Assembly: GCA_963713795.1 (NCBI GenBank)
Contig: CAVQNC010000009.1
Span: 13,978-77,977 of the forward strand
From: an uncultured Chloroflexia bacterium
Lineage (GTDB): Bacteria; Chloroflexota; Limnocylindria; Limnocylindrales; CSP1-4
DNA length: 64,000 bases
Reading direction: 5' to 3'
Shown: piece by piece, positions 32,220-41,895 of the stretch
How positions within the stretch are numbered: the stretch's first letter is position 1
How the letters are laid out: each line of letters starts with the position of its first letter
Translations under genes and position numbers: made by a program
Notes under the pieces: model-generated
Seen by the model: the letters and a program-made list of their open reading frames with translations, nothing else
What the model was told of the DNA's origin: nothing
Database searches by the model: none

Positions 32220-32729
32220 CTACTTCGCGGCCGGCGGGTACTGGCGGACCGGCGTCAGTTCGATGGCATGCCCGCTGCCCGACTCCGCAACGAAGTGCGC
32301 ATCGTCCGACGTGTCGAGGTAGTAGAACTCGATGGTGTCGCCGATCCGGCCGCCCATCGACATCTCGTAACCGGCATCGCCGAAGCGCTTCTTGAAGGCG
32401 TCCGACTCTTCCTGACTGTGGCTCATGAGGGCAATGTGCTGGACGCCCTCGCCGTACTTGGCCAAATGCTCCTTGTAGATGGAGTCTCCATCGAGAGGCT
32501 GGATCAGTTCGAAGATCAGACCGGGCTGGACCTCGCACTCAGCCCCGATCATCGAGTAGTCCGCGGGCTTGCCGTGGAGGTGCTGGTGATGGAGCTTCGG
32601 CGGCACGTGCTCGTAGACGTTCCAGGGGCCCCACCCGAACATCTCGTGGTAGGTCTTCATCGCCTTGTCGATGTCGTTGACGACGACCGCGATCTGGCTG
32701 ATCCGGTACGGATGCTCGGGCGCTTTCAT
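32220..32729 (-). CDS. VOC-family (glyoxalase/bleomycin-resistance/dioxygenase fold) protein
   Basis: 169 aa. N-terminal ISQIAVVVNDIDKAMKTYHEMFG and a later GVQHIAL block are typical of paired beta-alpha-beta-beta-beta modules. Confidence 0.7.
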   Translation of the reverse strand: MKAPEHPYRISQIAVVVNDIDKAMKTYHEMFGWGPWNVYEHVPPKLHHQHLHGKPADYSMIGAECEVQPGLIFELIQPLDGDSIYKEHLAKYGEGVQHIALMSHSQEESDAFKKRFGDAGYEMSMGGRIGDTIEFYYLDTSDDAHFVAESGSGHAIELTPVRQYPPAAK

Positions 32730-33002
32730 GGTCTCCTCCAGGTGGTGGTTCCATGGGCCGGACGGCTCGCCACGGCCGCGACCTCGCCTACGCGGGCCAG
32801 GGCCGGCGGCGCGCCATCGATCGGAAAGATTGTGCCACCTGGGTCAAGGTCATGCCATACTGGTTCGCGTCGCGATAAGGTCCAGGGCATCGCATACTCT
32901 CGGTCTTCAAGCGCCAGCCGGTTCGCGTAACCTCGAGCAGCGGAGACGCCGGCCGGTGGGGTCTTCCGCAGAGATAAACCGAAGCCCGATAGGATAGGAG
33001 AC

Positions 33003-33971
33003 ATGGCGACCCGGCACTCTTCACGAGCGACCCCGGCGGCCGGCGGCCGGGTCACGGATCTGCTGGTAGAGGTGGCCCGACGGTTCTACCTCGGGAGCGA
33101 GACCCAGGTCGAGATCGCGCGCGACCTCGGGCTGGATCCGTCGACGGTCTCGCGTTATCTGAAACGCGCCCGCGACGAGGGCGTGGTTCGAGTCGAGATC
33201 AGGCCGCCGCTGCGCCGCAACGTGGACCTGGGCCGGCAGCTCGCCGATGCCTTCGGCCTGTCACGCGTCGTCGTTGCCACGACCGACGAAGAGGGCGATC
33301 TGTCATGCCTGGCGGAGGTCGCGGCAGACTACATCGGAACGCTTCTCCGCAAGGGCATGCGAGTGGGACTCGGCTGGGGTTCCACGCTGTCGGCCACCGT
33401 GGGATGCCTGGAGCCGGGCGCCGTTTCCGACCTCATCATCACCCAGCTGGCCGGTGGCCTGAGCGACCCCGTGCCGGGCATCCAGGGTCATGAACTGGCC
33501 CGGCACCTGGCCAGCCTGTACCCGGGCAGCCTGGTCCATTACCTGCACGCACCGTCGATCGTGGACTCGCCGGCCATCAAGGAGGCGATCCTGAGCGACT
33601 CGTCGGTCCAGGCCGCCCTGGGGTTGGCGGCGAAGAGCGAACTGGCCCTGGTCGGGATCGGCGAGATAAGCCCGGACGCCACTCTCTTGCGGTCATCACA
33701 CATGACACGCACCGATCTCGAGCTCCTGGTTGCCGACGGCGTCGTGGGCAGCATGAACGGACGTTTCTTCGCCCGCGACGGGAAGCCGGCCGGCGACCTC
33801 GACGACCGGACCATCGCCATCGAATGGTCCGAGCTGGAGGCGATTCCGATTGTCGTAGCCGTCGCGGCCGGATCGAGCAAGGTGGACGCGATACTCGGCG
33901 GACTGAAGTCCGGTGCCGTCGACGTCCTGATTACCGACGAAACGACCGCGGCCGCGCTCGCGGAGCGATAG
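33003..33971 (+). CDS. SorC/DeoR-type sugar-binding transcriptional regulator (LsrR/EryD class)
   Basis: N-terminal HTH (VARRFYLGSETQVEIARDLGLDPSTVSRYLKRARDEGVV) plus a C-terminal sugar-phosphate-binding domain ending in VLITDE.TA..L. Confidence 0.85.
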   Translation: MATRHSSRATPAAGGRVTDLLVEVARRFYLGSETQVEIARDLGLDPSTVSRYLKRARDEGVVRVEIRPPLRRNVDLGRQLADAFGLSRVVVATTDEEGDLSCLAEVAADYIGTLLRKGMRVGLGWGSTLSATVGCLEPGAVSDLIITQLAGGLSDPVPGIQGHELARHLASLYPGSLVHYLHAPSIVDSPAIKEAILSDSSVQAALGLAAKSELALVGIGEISPDATLLRSSHMTRTDLELLVADGVVGSMNGRFFARDGKPAGDLDDRTIAIEWSELEAIPIVVAVAAGSSKVDAILGGLKSGAVDVLITDETTAAALAER

Positions 33972-34847
33972 CTAGAGCTGGCCGGCCCGCGAACCCAGGC
34001 CGTGCTGGGCGACCTCCCGCTTCATGAAGGCGAGACCCTGGCGGGCAACCTGCTCCTGGCTGTCGAAGAGCGGGCGCCAGATCTTGGTGGCGGCGGTGAG
34101 GTTCGGCAGCGCATCTCCAAACGACTCGACCGTCAGCCAGCCGTCGTAGCCGATGTCGCGCAGCGCCTCGAAGGTCTCGTCCCAGGCCACGTGGCCGCTT
34201 CCCGGAACGCCGCGGTCGTTCTCCGAGATGTGGACGTAGCCGATCCTCGAACCCGCGGCCTTGATCGCCTCGCCGGGATGCTTCTCCTCGATGTTGGAGT
34301 GGAAGGTGTCCACGTGGATGCGGCAGTTGGGCTGCCCCACGTCGTCGATGAATTGCGACGCCTGGGCCAGAGTGTTGAGGAGATACAGCTCGAATCGGTT
34401 CACGACCTCTTCCGTGAGAATCAGGCCGGACAGGGCCGCGTACTGGGCGACGCTGCGGATGTGGTCGACGCTTCGCTGCCATTCGTCGTCCGTGGGAGCA
34501 CGGCCGCTGAATACGCCAAGGGCGATCTGGTGGGGTCCCGCGAGTACCGTCGCGCCGACGACCTGGCAGCAGTCCACGACCTGCATCATGTGGTCGTAGG
34601 CGTTCCGGCGGATCGCAGGATCGGGGCTGACCGGATCGAACTCCGGGGCTATGACGTGGTTGGCCGTGCGCTCAAGCCCCAGGTCGTCGAGATGCCGGCG
34701 CCAACGCGCCCACTTGGCCGGGTCGAGGTCGAACATGGGTACTTCGACCCCGTCGTAGCCCATCTCCTTGGCAGACTCGAGCACGGGCAGGAGGCTTTCC
34801 TCCATGTCGTCGGCCCAGAGCATCAGGTTTATGCCGTACTTGAGCAT
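33972..34847 (-). CDS. Sugar phosphate isomerase/epimerase (xylose-isomerase-like TIM barrel)
   Basis: MLKYGINLMLW...GYDGVE, HVDTFH, HISENDRG, GYDGWLTVE motifs. Its stop codon abuts the SorC-type gene stop (TAG|CTA at 33969-33974). Confidence 0.85.
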   Translation of the reverse strand: MLKYGINLMLWADDMEESLLPVLESAKEMGYDGVEVPMFDLDPAKWARWRRHLDDLGLERTANHVIAPEFDPVSPDPAIRRNAYDHMMQVVDCCQVVGATVLAGPHQIALGVFSGRAPTDDEWQRSVDHIRSVAQYAALSGLILTEEVVNRFELYLLNTLAQASQFIDDVGQPNCRIHVDTFHSNIEEKHPGEAIKAAGSRIGYVHISENDRGVPGSGHVAWDETFEALRDIGYDGWLTVESFGDALPNLTAATKIWRPLFDSQEQVARQGLAFMKREVAQHGLGSRAGQL

Positions 34848-35224
34848 TCGACCTTCTCCTCCAGTGATGTGGCCGCGTCAGAACTCCATCAAGGTAGTCG
34901 GGATTGACCCGCGAACCATTTCACACGCACGCAGTTCCTGTTGGCCGCCCCTTATCGGGACGACGCCCGAAAGTCACGACGCCGAAGGGCAGTTGTTTGC
35001 GCGAAGACAGGTCAGGCGCTGGCACGCGCCAGGCGGCCGGCGAGCGGGTCGGAACTGCGTGAGTATCGCAGACCCGCTCTTCGGTCGAACAGGTTCGGCT
35101 CACGCCAGCCGTATGACCGATCGGCTCGCCTGTGCCACCATCGGATCCGGAAAGGCGGCCCGGCCGTAAGGGCCGCCTAATCGATGCCTGGCTCCCGGCA
35201 ATTCCGGAGCCTCGGGAGGTCGCC

Positions 35225-36242
35225 ATGGACTATCGATCACTCGGGACCAGCGGGGTCAAGGTTTCGCCGATCTGCCTCGGAACGATGCTGTTCGGGTCCT
35301 ATACCGACGAAGCCGAGGCCGGCCGCATCGTGGGCGCCGCCAGGGAGGCCGGCGTCAACTTCATCGATACAGCGGTCAACTACGCCGGCGGAAAGGGCGA
35401 GGCCATTCTCGGAGAGCTGCTGGCGTCGGACAGGGACCGATGGGTGGTGGCCACGAAGGTCGGCGACCGCACGGGTCCCGGCCCCAACGAGAACGGCTCC
35501 AGTCGGCGCCAGATCCAGGCCGCGATAGAGCGGAGTCTGCGGCGCCTCCGGACGGATCGCGTGGATCTCTACTATCTGCATCGCGACGACACGGCCACGC
35601 CGCTGGCGGAAACGATCCAGGCCATCGGCGACCTCATCCGGGCAGGTAAGGTGCTCTATCTCGGCCTGTCCAACTTCAGCGGCTGGCGGCTGGCAGAGGT
35701 CGTCGGCATCTGCCGGGACCTCGGTGTCCCGCAGCCGGTCGCCCTGCAGCCGTACTACCACGCCCTGAATCGCCAGCCGGAGGTTGAGGTGCTGCCGGCG
35801 GCCGCCCACTTCGGCCTGGGCGTTGTGCCGTACAGCCCCCTGGCACGGGGCATCCTCACCGGCAAGTACAAGCCCGGCGAAGAACCCCCGCCGGGCACCA
35901 GGGCCGGCCGCAACGACTTCGAGATCATGACGAGGGAGTGGCGCGACGATTTACTCCTCATCGCCCAGAAGATCCGCGAACGCGCCGAATTCGAGGGGCA
36001 TGACCAGCGGCCAGTTCGCCTTGAACTGGCTCCTCGGCAACGCGCTGGTGACGGCGGTCCTGGCCGGCCCACGCACTCTCGAGCAATGGACCGACTACCT
36101 GGGCGCCCTCGAACATCCCTTCGATGCCGAGGATGCGGCGTTCATCGACAGCCTCGTGCCGCCCGGCCACGCCTCGAGCCACGGCTACACGGACCCGACC
36201 TATCCGGTCCGGGGCCGCGTGCAGCGAGAGCCCGGGGCCTAG
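35225..36242 (+). pseudogene. Aldo/keto reductase interrupted by a +1 frameshift near 35995-35999
   Basis: Frame 1 (from ATG 35225) gives a clean AKR up to ...IRERAEFEG, then Arg-rich nonsense. The conserved AKR C-terminus (MTSGQFALNWLL...AGPRTLEQ...) continues in the ORF at 36000-36242. Removing one base of the GGGGC at 35995-35999 joins them as AEFEGMTSGQFALNW. Confidence 0.8.
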
Positions 36243-36287
36243 CCGGTTCGGGCTCGAGCACGGCCGCGAACCGCCTCGGCGTGCGTC

Positions 36288-37016
36288 TCATTCGTCGAAG
36301 GTTTCGACTTCGTACGAGGAGAAGCCGTGGTCGACGTAGGTGTTCGCGCAGCCGAAGTTGAACCCGATACCCGGGTTGCCCGACTTGTAGACGTCGTCCG
36401 TCGCGGACAGCACCTCAACGCCGTTGACGTACGACCGGATGACGCTGCCGACGATCGTCGCCTCGACGACGTCTCCATTCTTGACGCCGAATTCCGGGCC
36501 CTGCCGCCTCGCCAGCGAAGTGAAGTCCCGGATCTTCTCGTTCCACCGGACGATTTCCGCATAGGCGCTCCCGGTCTTGAGGCATCTCCAGAACACCTCG
36601 TAACCGGTGCAGCTATGCGGGCCGAGTGAGCTGCGCAGGCGAAGCTCGACCTCCTGGAAGTACTCCTCCGTCTGATTCCGGCTGAAGACCGTGGCTCTGG
36701 CGTGCTGATCCTTTCCCCAGTCGCCGGACAGGAGCGCCGTCGGGTCGTCGTAGTCGCCTTCCGGCATCTCGCCGGCCGCGATCGTGGCCCCGCCGACTGC
36801 CTGTTCGGCCCGGCGTTCCGCGACCGCCATCCTGGTCTTCCCGCCGTGTGCGACGCCGCCTTCGGTGACGACGTCGGCCCAGTCGATGCCGTCCTTCTTC
36901 CCGTTGATCCAGAGCCCGCCTTCAGAGATCGGCTCTTCTTTCCGCTCGAAGTGCGTGCGATAAGACCGCACCGGTCTGCCCTTGAGTTCGGGTACGCCCT
37001 TTGCCTCGGCCGCCAT
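36288..37016 (-). CDS. Hypothetical protein (possible concanavalin/LamG-like jelly roll), no signal peptide
   Basis: ATG at 37016 preceded by AGGAGG. Coding-like composition. The beta-rich C-terminal half (YEVFWRC...EIVRWN...VKNGDVVEATIVG..IRSYVNG.EV..ATDD.Y..GNPGIGF) resembles lectin/glucanase-fold domains. No confident family. Confidence 0.5.
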   Translation of the reverse strand: MAAEAKGVPELKGRPVRSYRTHFERKEEPISEGGLWINGKKDGIDWADVVTEGGVAHGGKTRMAVAERRAEQAVGGATIAAGEMPEGDYDDPTALLSGDWGKDQHARATVFSRNQTEEYFQEVELRLRSSLGPHSCTGYEVFWRCLKTGSAYAEIVRWNEKIRDFTSLARRQGPEFGVKNGDVVEATIVGSVIRSYVNGVEVLSATDDVYKSGNPGIGFNFGCANTYVDHGFSSYEVETFDE

Positions 37017-37125
37017 GGTCTCCTCCTGTTGTGGCCTCCATCCGATCGTCTTGAGTTGCCGGTTCGGCCGTCCCTGCGACAGATGATCGCCGCGGCGGTA
37101 TCCCCGGCCACGGACCGCCCCAAAC

Positions 37126-37485
37126 TCATTCCGGTGTCGGCGGGTCCTCGTACGAGCGTACCGACACGAAAATCCCATCGTGAACGACGACCACGTTCAC
37201 GCCGACGACGTGAAACCGCGTCCCGTGATGATCGATGAGGACGGCGTCGTATTCGAGGGCGCAGCTGTCCGCTGTCCCGGCAAACTCGCGAAGGATCCTC
37301 ACTTCGAGCCCCGGATAGTCACGGGCCGAGTCTTCGTAAGCTCTCCGGATCTCGGCGTGGCCGCGCCGCAGGCCGCCGGCATCCTGGTACGTGCCATCGG
37401 GATGGTAATGGGCCATGACGCCGTCGACGTCCCGACGGCACTCGGCCGCCCAGTACGACTCCGAAACCTCACGTGGCGTGCGCAT
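37126..37485 (-). CDS. SnoaL-like / NTF2-fold protein
   Basis: 119 aa. The Y.AAE..RDVDGVMAHYHPDG.Y pattern is typical of SnoaL_2 domains. Confidence 0.65.
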   Translation of the reverse strand: MRTPREVSESYWAAECRRDVDGVMAHYHPDGTYQDAGGLRRGHAEIRRAYEDSARDYPGLEVRILREFAGTADSCALEYDAVLIDHHGTRFHVVGVNVVVVHDGIFVSVRSYEDPPTPE

Positions 37486-37599
37486 GTGCCTTTGCTCCCT
37501 CCAGCCTCAAACGCAGGCCGGACGCCAGTCGACGCCCGGCCTGGATCTGCTCCCCTTTCCAGTTCGTCCCCTGGGCCTGGGCCTTGAAGGCGGCGACTC

Positions 37600-39093
37600 C
37601 TAGGGCTCCTGGTTGAGTATCGCGAGTTCCTCGACGGTGGCTTCGTGCTCGTTCGCGTACTGGACCGACTTGAGGAGCCACTCCTCGCGGTTCGTCGATC
37701 TGAAGTACACGAGGATGCCGATGCCGGCGATGATCCAGACGATGTTGATCGGCAATGTCCAGAAGAAGATCCCGGTAAGGCTGGGAATGGCCAGCCAGAA
37801 GCTGAGTGCCAGGGCGCCGACGGCAAAGACCGGAATCACGAAGTGCAGGAACCAGTTGAACTCGGATCTCTTGACCCTGAACCAGTACCAGAAGACTCCG
37901 ACAGCGCCGGAACCGTAGATCACGATGACGGCCCATGTCAGGATAGTTGCCGTCCAGTAGTAGGCCTGATCGCCGCCGATCCAGAGACCCACCCCAAAGC
38001 CCCAGAAGATCGAGATGATCGTGGTCGCGATGATCGCGTTGCGGGGTACGTGGTTGTCGACCTTGGCCAGCCACTTCGGCAGGACGCCCGCTCGGGCGTA
38101 GCCGAACAGCAGCCGGTTGGTCACGATCGAGCAAGCCAGGACGCCGCCGAAGCAGCTGTTGCCGAGCACGATCAAGAGGATGATCCAGCCGGGGCCCCAG
38201 AGCCGCTGGGCCAGATCGAAGAACGCACCCACGGGCGCGCCGGCGAAGCCCTTGTCGAACTGCGCGATGCCGTAGCCGTTCACGATGCCGAACGAAGCCA
38301 CGACCATGAATAGCGAGGCGATCACGATCGAGCCTATCACCGCCCACGGAACGTACTTCCGCGGGTTGCGGCTCTCCTCGCCGACGGGCACAGCCGCCTC
38401 GAAGCCCGTGTAGGCCATGATGACCAGCGACACGCCGAAGGCGAGGCCGTTGAGCCCGTAGGCGGGATCGATCGAGGTGAAGGACTGCGTGGTGAAGCCG
38501 CCGGGGCCCGGGCTGAGCAGGCCGCTGATGCCGAAGGCCGTGAGGATGGCGATCTCGATCAGCGCCAGGGCGAGGACGAACCGGCCGGAGATCTTGATGC
38601 CGTTCCAGGTGATCCAGGTCGCGACCCCGAGCATGATCGCTGTCGTGGCCCACCACGGGAAGAAGATGTTCCAGCGGGTCTGCAGCTCGTTCTGGAGCAG
38701 GGTCCCGAAGATCGTGGCGCAGATGCTCGCCGTGATCGGGTCGTACAGCATGTACAGCCACCCGATCAGGAAACCGATGCGTGGGTGCAGCGTCTTGCTG
38801 ACGTAGGTGAAGTAGCTGGCCGCGGCCGGGAACTCACTCGCCAGCGTCGCCAGCGTAATGGCGATCGCGAGGCAGATGACGGCGCCGAAGAGATACGCGA
38901 GGGGCATGTTGTAGCCGACCTGCGCCGCGATGAAGGTTCCGGCGAGGAGCAGCGCGATGCCAGGAGCGATGTGCGTAAAGGACTGCGCGATCACTTGCGG
39001 GAACGAGAGGGCCCCTCCGTGGAGCTCCGTCTCGGCGACCATCACCCCCGTGCCACGTCCCCCAACGGGTGCCGCTTGTGTCTGGACGGCCAT
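37600..39093 (-). CDS. APC-superfamily amino acid permease (copy 1)
   Basis: 497 aa, about 12 TM. Clear paralog of the 44970-46439 gene, with shared blocks (SY(F/Y)TYVS, HPR.GF, GIK.S, GISG.LSPGPGG). Confidence 0.85.
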   Translation of the reverse strand: MAVQTQAAPVGGRGTGVMVAETELHGGALSFPQVIAQSFTHIAPGIALLLAGTFIAAQVGYNMPLAYLFGAVICLAIAITLATLASEFPAAASYFTYVSKTLHPRIGFLIGWLYMLYDPITASICATIFGTLLQNELQTRWNIFFPWWATTAIMLGVATWITWNGIKISGRFVLALALIEIAILTAFGISGLLSPGPGGFTTQSFTSIDPAYGLNGLAFGVSLVIMAYTGFEAAVPVGEESRNPRKYVPWAVIGSIVIASLFMVVASFGIVNGYGIAQFDKGFAGAPVGAFFDLAQRLWGPGWIILLIVLGNSCFGGVLACSIVTNRLLFGYARAGVLPKWLAKVDNHVPRNAIIATTIISIFWGFGVGLWIGGDQAYYWTATILTWAVIVIYGSGAVGVFWYWFRVKRSEFNWFLHFVIPVFAVGALALSFWLAIPSLTGIFFWTLPINIVWIIAGIGILVYFRSTNREEWLLKSVQYANEHEATVEELAILNQEP

Positions 39094-39413
39094 TCCGTAG
39101 AACCTCCTCCCGTCGTGCGCGACCAGGCGCGAATGGGATTCGTTCTTTGTTCGCGCACAGAGAACGAAAGAATTGTAAGTTTCCTACACACAGCGGGTCA
39201 AGGGAGGATTCGGCCCCGGACGGCAATCGAATCCGTCCCGCAACCTTTCCTCCGGGCATGAGTGGTGCGGTTACGGGTCCACGGAACCTGGACCGCACGG
39301 CCCCTCGAGCCGACGCCTCGCGAGCGGGGACAGCGGCTTCCACGACGCAATGGTTTAGTTCCGACTGGCCGAACGCTTGACCGATCCTCTCGGGCCGGTC
39401 GATCGCCGTTTCG

Positions 39414-40601
39414 TCAGCGGCCCTGCTCGAGCATGGTCAGCAGCCCGCCGTGGAGCGGGCCGCGCGGCATGATCGGCCAGATGTCCACTACGCGATCGTT
39501 CTCGACAACGTGGTAGGCGTCGAAGTAGTTGACGGCGAATGGCGTGTAGCCGAGATGGAAGTCGACCACGTCGCCCACCTTGAGCGGGCAGGCGGGGTCG
39601 GCGTCGTAGGTCGCGTGCTCCTCGTCGAACCGGTATGGCTTCAAGTCCTCGAATCCGAAGATACGAGGGTATGAAGGGATGTTGCCGACGTCGGCCGCCC
39701 CAAAGGTCTTCTTTCCCAGGTTGAGGACGACCCGATCCTTGCGCCGGCTGATGACCGTCACCACCGCCGAAGTCGCCTTCTTGAAACTCGGCTCCATCAG
39801 AAAGTGGAAGTCGTCCATGGCCGCGTAGGAGCCCAGCTGGAGCTCGGTTATGCGCGGGTCCGCCCCGGTCCAGAAGGCCGTGGCCGTCCCGGCCGCCGAT
39901 AGGATCGGGCAGGCCACGCCGTTGGCCTCGAGCAGGTCCGCGACCTCGACGAAGTACCGCATCGCCGCGGCCTGCTTCTGATGCCGTTTCTCGTTGTCCA
40001 TCTCCATCGAACAATGGCCCTCGTAGCCCGAGAGCCCTTCCATGATCAGGCCAGGCAGCTCCCGGACGCGCCTGGCGACTGCCAGGGCCTCCTCGGGAGA
40101 ATCGACGCCGGCCCGGTGCATGCCTGTATCGACCTCGACCAGGACCCCGATCGTGGTGCCGGCGTCGACTGCGGCCGCCGACAGCGCCTCGGCATCCCCT
40201 GGGTCATCGACGTTTACGATGACCCGCGCCTCGCGGGCCAGGAGGGCAGCGGCGCGACGCTTCTCCGGAGTGACGAGCTCGTTGGCGATGAGGACGTCGG
40301 CGGCGCCCGCGCGAACCATGACGATCGCCTCCCAGATCGTCGCCGCGCACAGGCCGAAGGCACCGTGCTCGAGCTGCATCCGGGCGATGTGCGGGCTCTT
40401 GTGGTTCTTGACGTGGCCCCTGAGACGGGCATGAAGACCGGGCAGCCGCGACTGCATGTACTCGAGATTAGTTCGCAGGATGTTCTTGTCGACCACCAGG
40501 GCCGGCGTCACCACGTCGTACTTGCTGCCGCCGATGGCGGACCCGTACATTTCGCGAACACGCTGGTGAGCGTCGACGATGAGCGGCGCCGGCTCTCGCA
40601 T
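39414..40601 (-). CDS. D-threonine aldolase / DSD1-like PLP enzyme (alanine-racemase N-terminal fold), paralog 1
   Basis: ATG at 40601 after GGAAGGAG. TPALVVD...LRGHVKNHKSPHIA (PLP-Lys context) plus a C-terminal D-serine-dehydratase-like beta domain. The track ORF extension to 41237 is an artefact. Confidence 0.85.
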   Translation of the reverse strand: MREPAPLIVDAHQRVREMYGSAIGGSKYDVVTPALVVDKNILRTNLEYMQSRLPGLHARLRGHVKNHKSPHIARMQLEHGAFGLCAATIWEAIVMVRAGAADVLIANELVTPEKRRAAALLAREARVIVNVDDPGDAEALSAAAVDAGTTIGVLVEVDTGMHRAGVDSPEEALAVARRVRELPGLIMEGLSGYEGHCSMEMDNEKRHQKQAAAMRYFVEVADLLEANGVACPILSAAGTATAFWTGADPRITELQLGSYAAMDDFHFLMEPSFKKATSAVVTVISRRKDRVVLNLGKKTFGAADVGNIPSYPRIFGFEDLKPYRFDEEHATYDADPACPLKVGDVVDFHLGYTPFAVNYFDAYHVVENDRVVDIWPIMPRGPLHGGLLTMLEQGR

Positions 40602-40660
40602 CCGATTCACTCCTTCCGGCCTCACGGCGGGGCATCTGACGGGACGCGGGTCGCTCGGCC

Positions 40661-41863
40661 CTATTCTCCGCGCTCGAGCATGTCGAGAAGCCAGCGCGAC
40701 TCCGGGCCCCGGGGCATGACCGGCCAGACGTCGGTCACGCGGCCGTTCTCCATCACGTGGTACGCCTCGAAGTACCCGATCGCGTTCGGCGTGTAGTTGC
40801 AGCGGATCTCGAACTTGTCGCCGACCTTGACCGGATCCGACGGATCCACGAGGAAGATCGAATGCTCCTCGTCGAAACGGAAAGGCTTGAGGCCGTCCGG
40901 GGCAAGGACGCCCTGAGACGCGCCGACGGTCTTGTTGCCGGCGTCGAGGACGATCCGGTCGGATCGGCGGCTGATCACCGTGGCGAGAACGGTCACCGCC
41001 CAGCCGAACCTGGGATCCAGGCCGCGGTGGTGTCCGTCCATGGTGGCGTATGACCCGGGCTGGATCTCCGTAATACCCGGGTAGCGCGACGTGATTTCCC
41101 ACGTCCCGGTGCCCGCGGCAGTCACGATCTCGCAAGGGAATCCGTTGGCTCCGAGATGGTCGGCGACGCCCGTCAGGAAGGCCATGGCCACCTTGGCCAT
41201 GGCGCGGCGCTTGGCCTCGTCGAACTCGAGCGAGCAATGGCCTTCATAGCCGGTCAGACCGACGAGCTTGAGCCCGGGCGAAGCCGCGATCTTGCGGGCC
41301 AGGACGAGCGCCTCCTCGGCCGAAGCCACGCCGCAACGATGCATGCCTTCGTCCACGTCGATGAAGACCCCGATCGTGCTTCCGGCGGCCGTCGCGGCCC
41401 TTGAGAGTTCCTCGATCTGGCCCGAGTCGTCGACCGCGACCTTGACGTCAGCCTCGCGGGCGAGCAGAGCCAGGGCGCGAGTCTTCTCCGGGCCCACGAC
41501 TTCGTTGATCACGAAGACGTCGTTGATGCCGGCTCGAGCCATGACGATGGCCTCCCAGACCGTCGCGCAGCCGACGCCGATGGCTCCGTACTCCACCTCC
41601 AGCCGGGCGATGTGGGGGCTCTTGTGAACCTTCACGTGGGCCCGCAACGTCGTCGGAACACCCTGCATGTGCTCGGCCATGAAGCCCAGGTTTGCCTTGA
41701 GGACGCCGAGATCGAGCAGGAGGGCGGGAGTAGTCAGATCGTCGCGGCCCCGGCCCATGGCCGGGGCGTACAGGTCGCGGACCTGCTGATGGCGCGACTT
41801 GATCAAGGACGCCGGCTCCGGCATTTGCTGGCTCTGCACGGTATTCACGTCTTCCTTTTCCAT
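40661..41863 (-). CDS. D-threonine aldolase / DSD1-like PLP enzyme, paralog 2
   Basis: TPALLLD...LRAHVKVHKSPHIA. Collinear with paralog 1 throughout. Start is ATG 41863, with a later Met possible. Confidence 0.85.
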   Translation of the reverse strand: MEKEDVNTVQSQQMPEPASLIKSRHQQVRDLYAPAMGRGRDDLTTPALLLDLGVLKANLGFMAEHMQGVPTTLRAHVKVHKSPHIARLEVEYGAIGVGCATVWEAIVMARAGINDVFVINEVVGPEKTRALALLAREADVKVAVDDSGQIEELSRAATAAGSTIGVFIDVDEGMHRCGVASAEEALVLARKIAASPGLKLVGLTGYEGHCSLEFDEAKRRAMAKVAMAFLTGVADHLGANGFPCEIVTAAGTGTWEITSRYPGITEIQPGSYATMDGHHRGLDPRFGWAVTVLATVISRRSDRIVLDAGNKTVGASQGVLAPDGLKPFRFDEEHSIFLVDPSDPVKVGDKFEIRCNYTPNAIGYFEAYHVMENGRVTDVWPVMPRGPESRWLLDMLERGE

Positions 41864-41895
41864 CGACGGTACTTGACGACAGCTATCTCGGGTAT

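Noticed and set aside
33969-33974. Stop codons of the convergent SorC-type and xylose-isomerase-fold genes abut as the palindrome TAGCTA.
   Set aside because: This is a curiosity of tight packing. There is no hairpin or other structure and no functional implication that I can support.
40602-41237. N-terminal extension of PLP-enzyme paralog 1 in the track ORF (39414-41237, 607 aa).
   Set aside because: The extension overlaps the C-terminal part of paralog 2 out of frame and is low-complexity. A strong GGAAGGAG RBS precedes the Met at 40601, where homology to the family begins.
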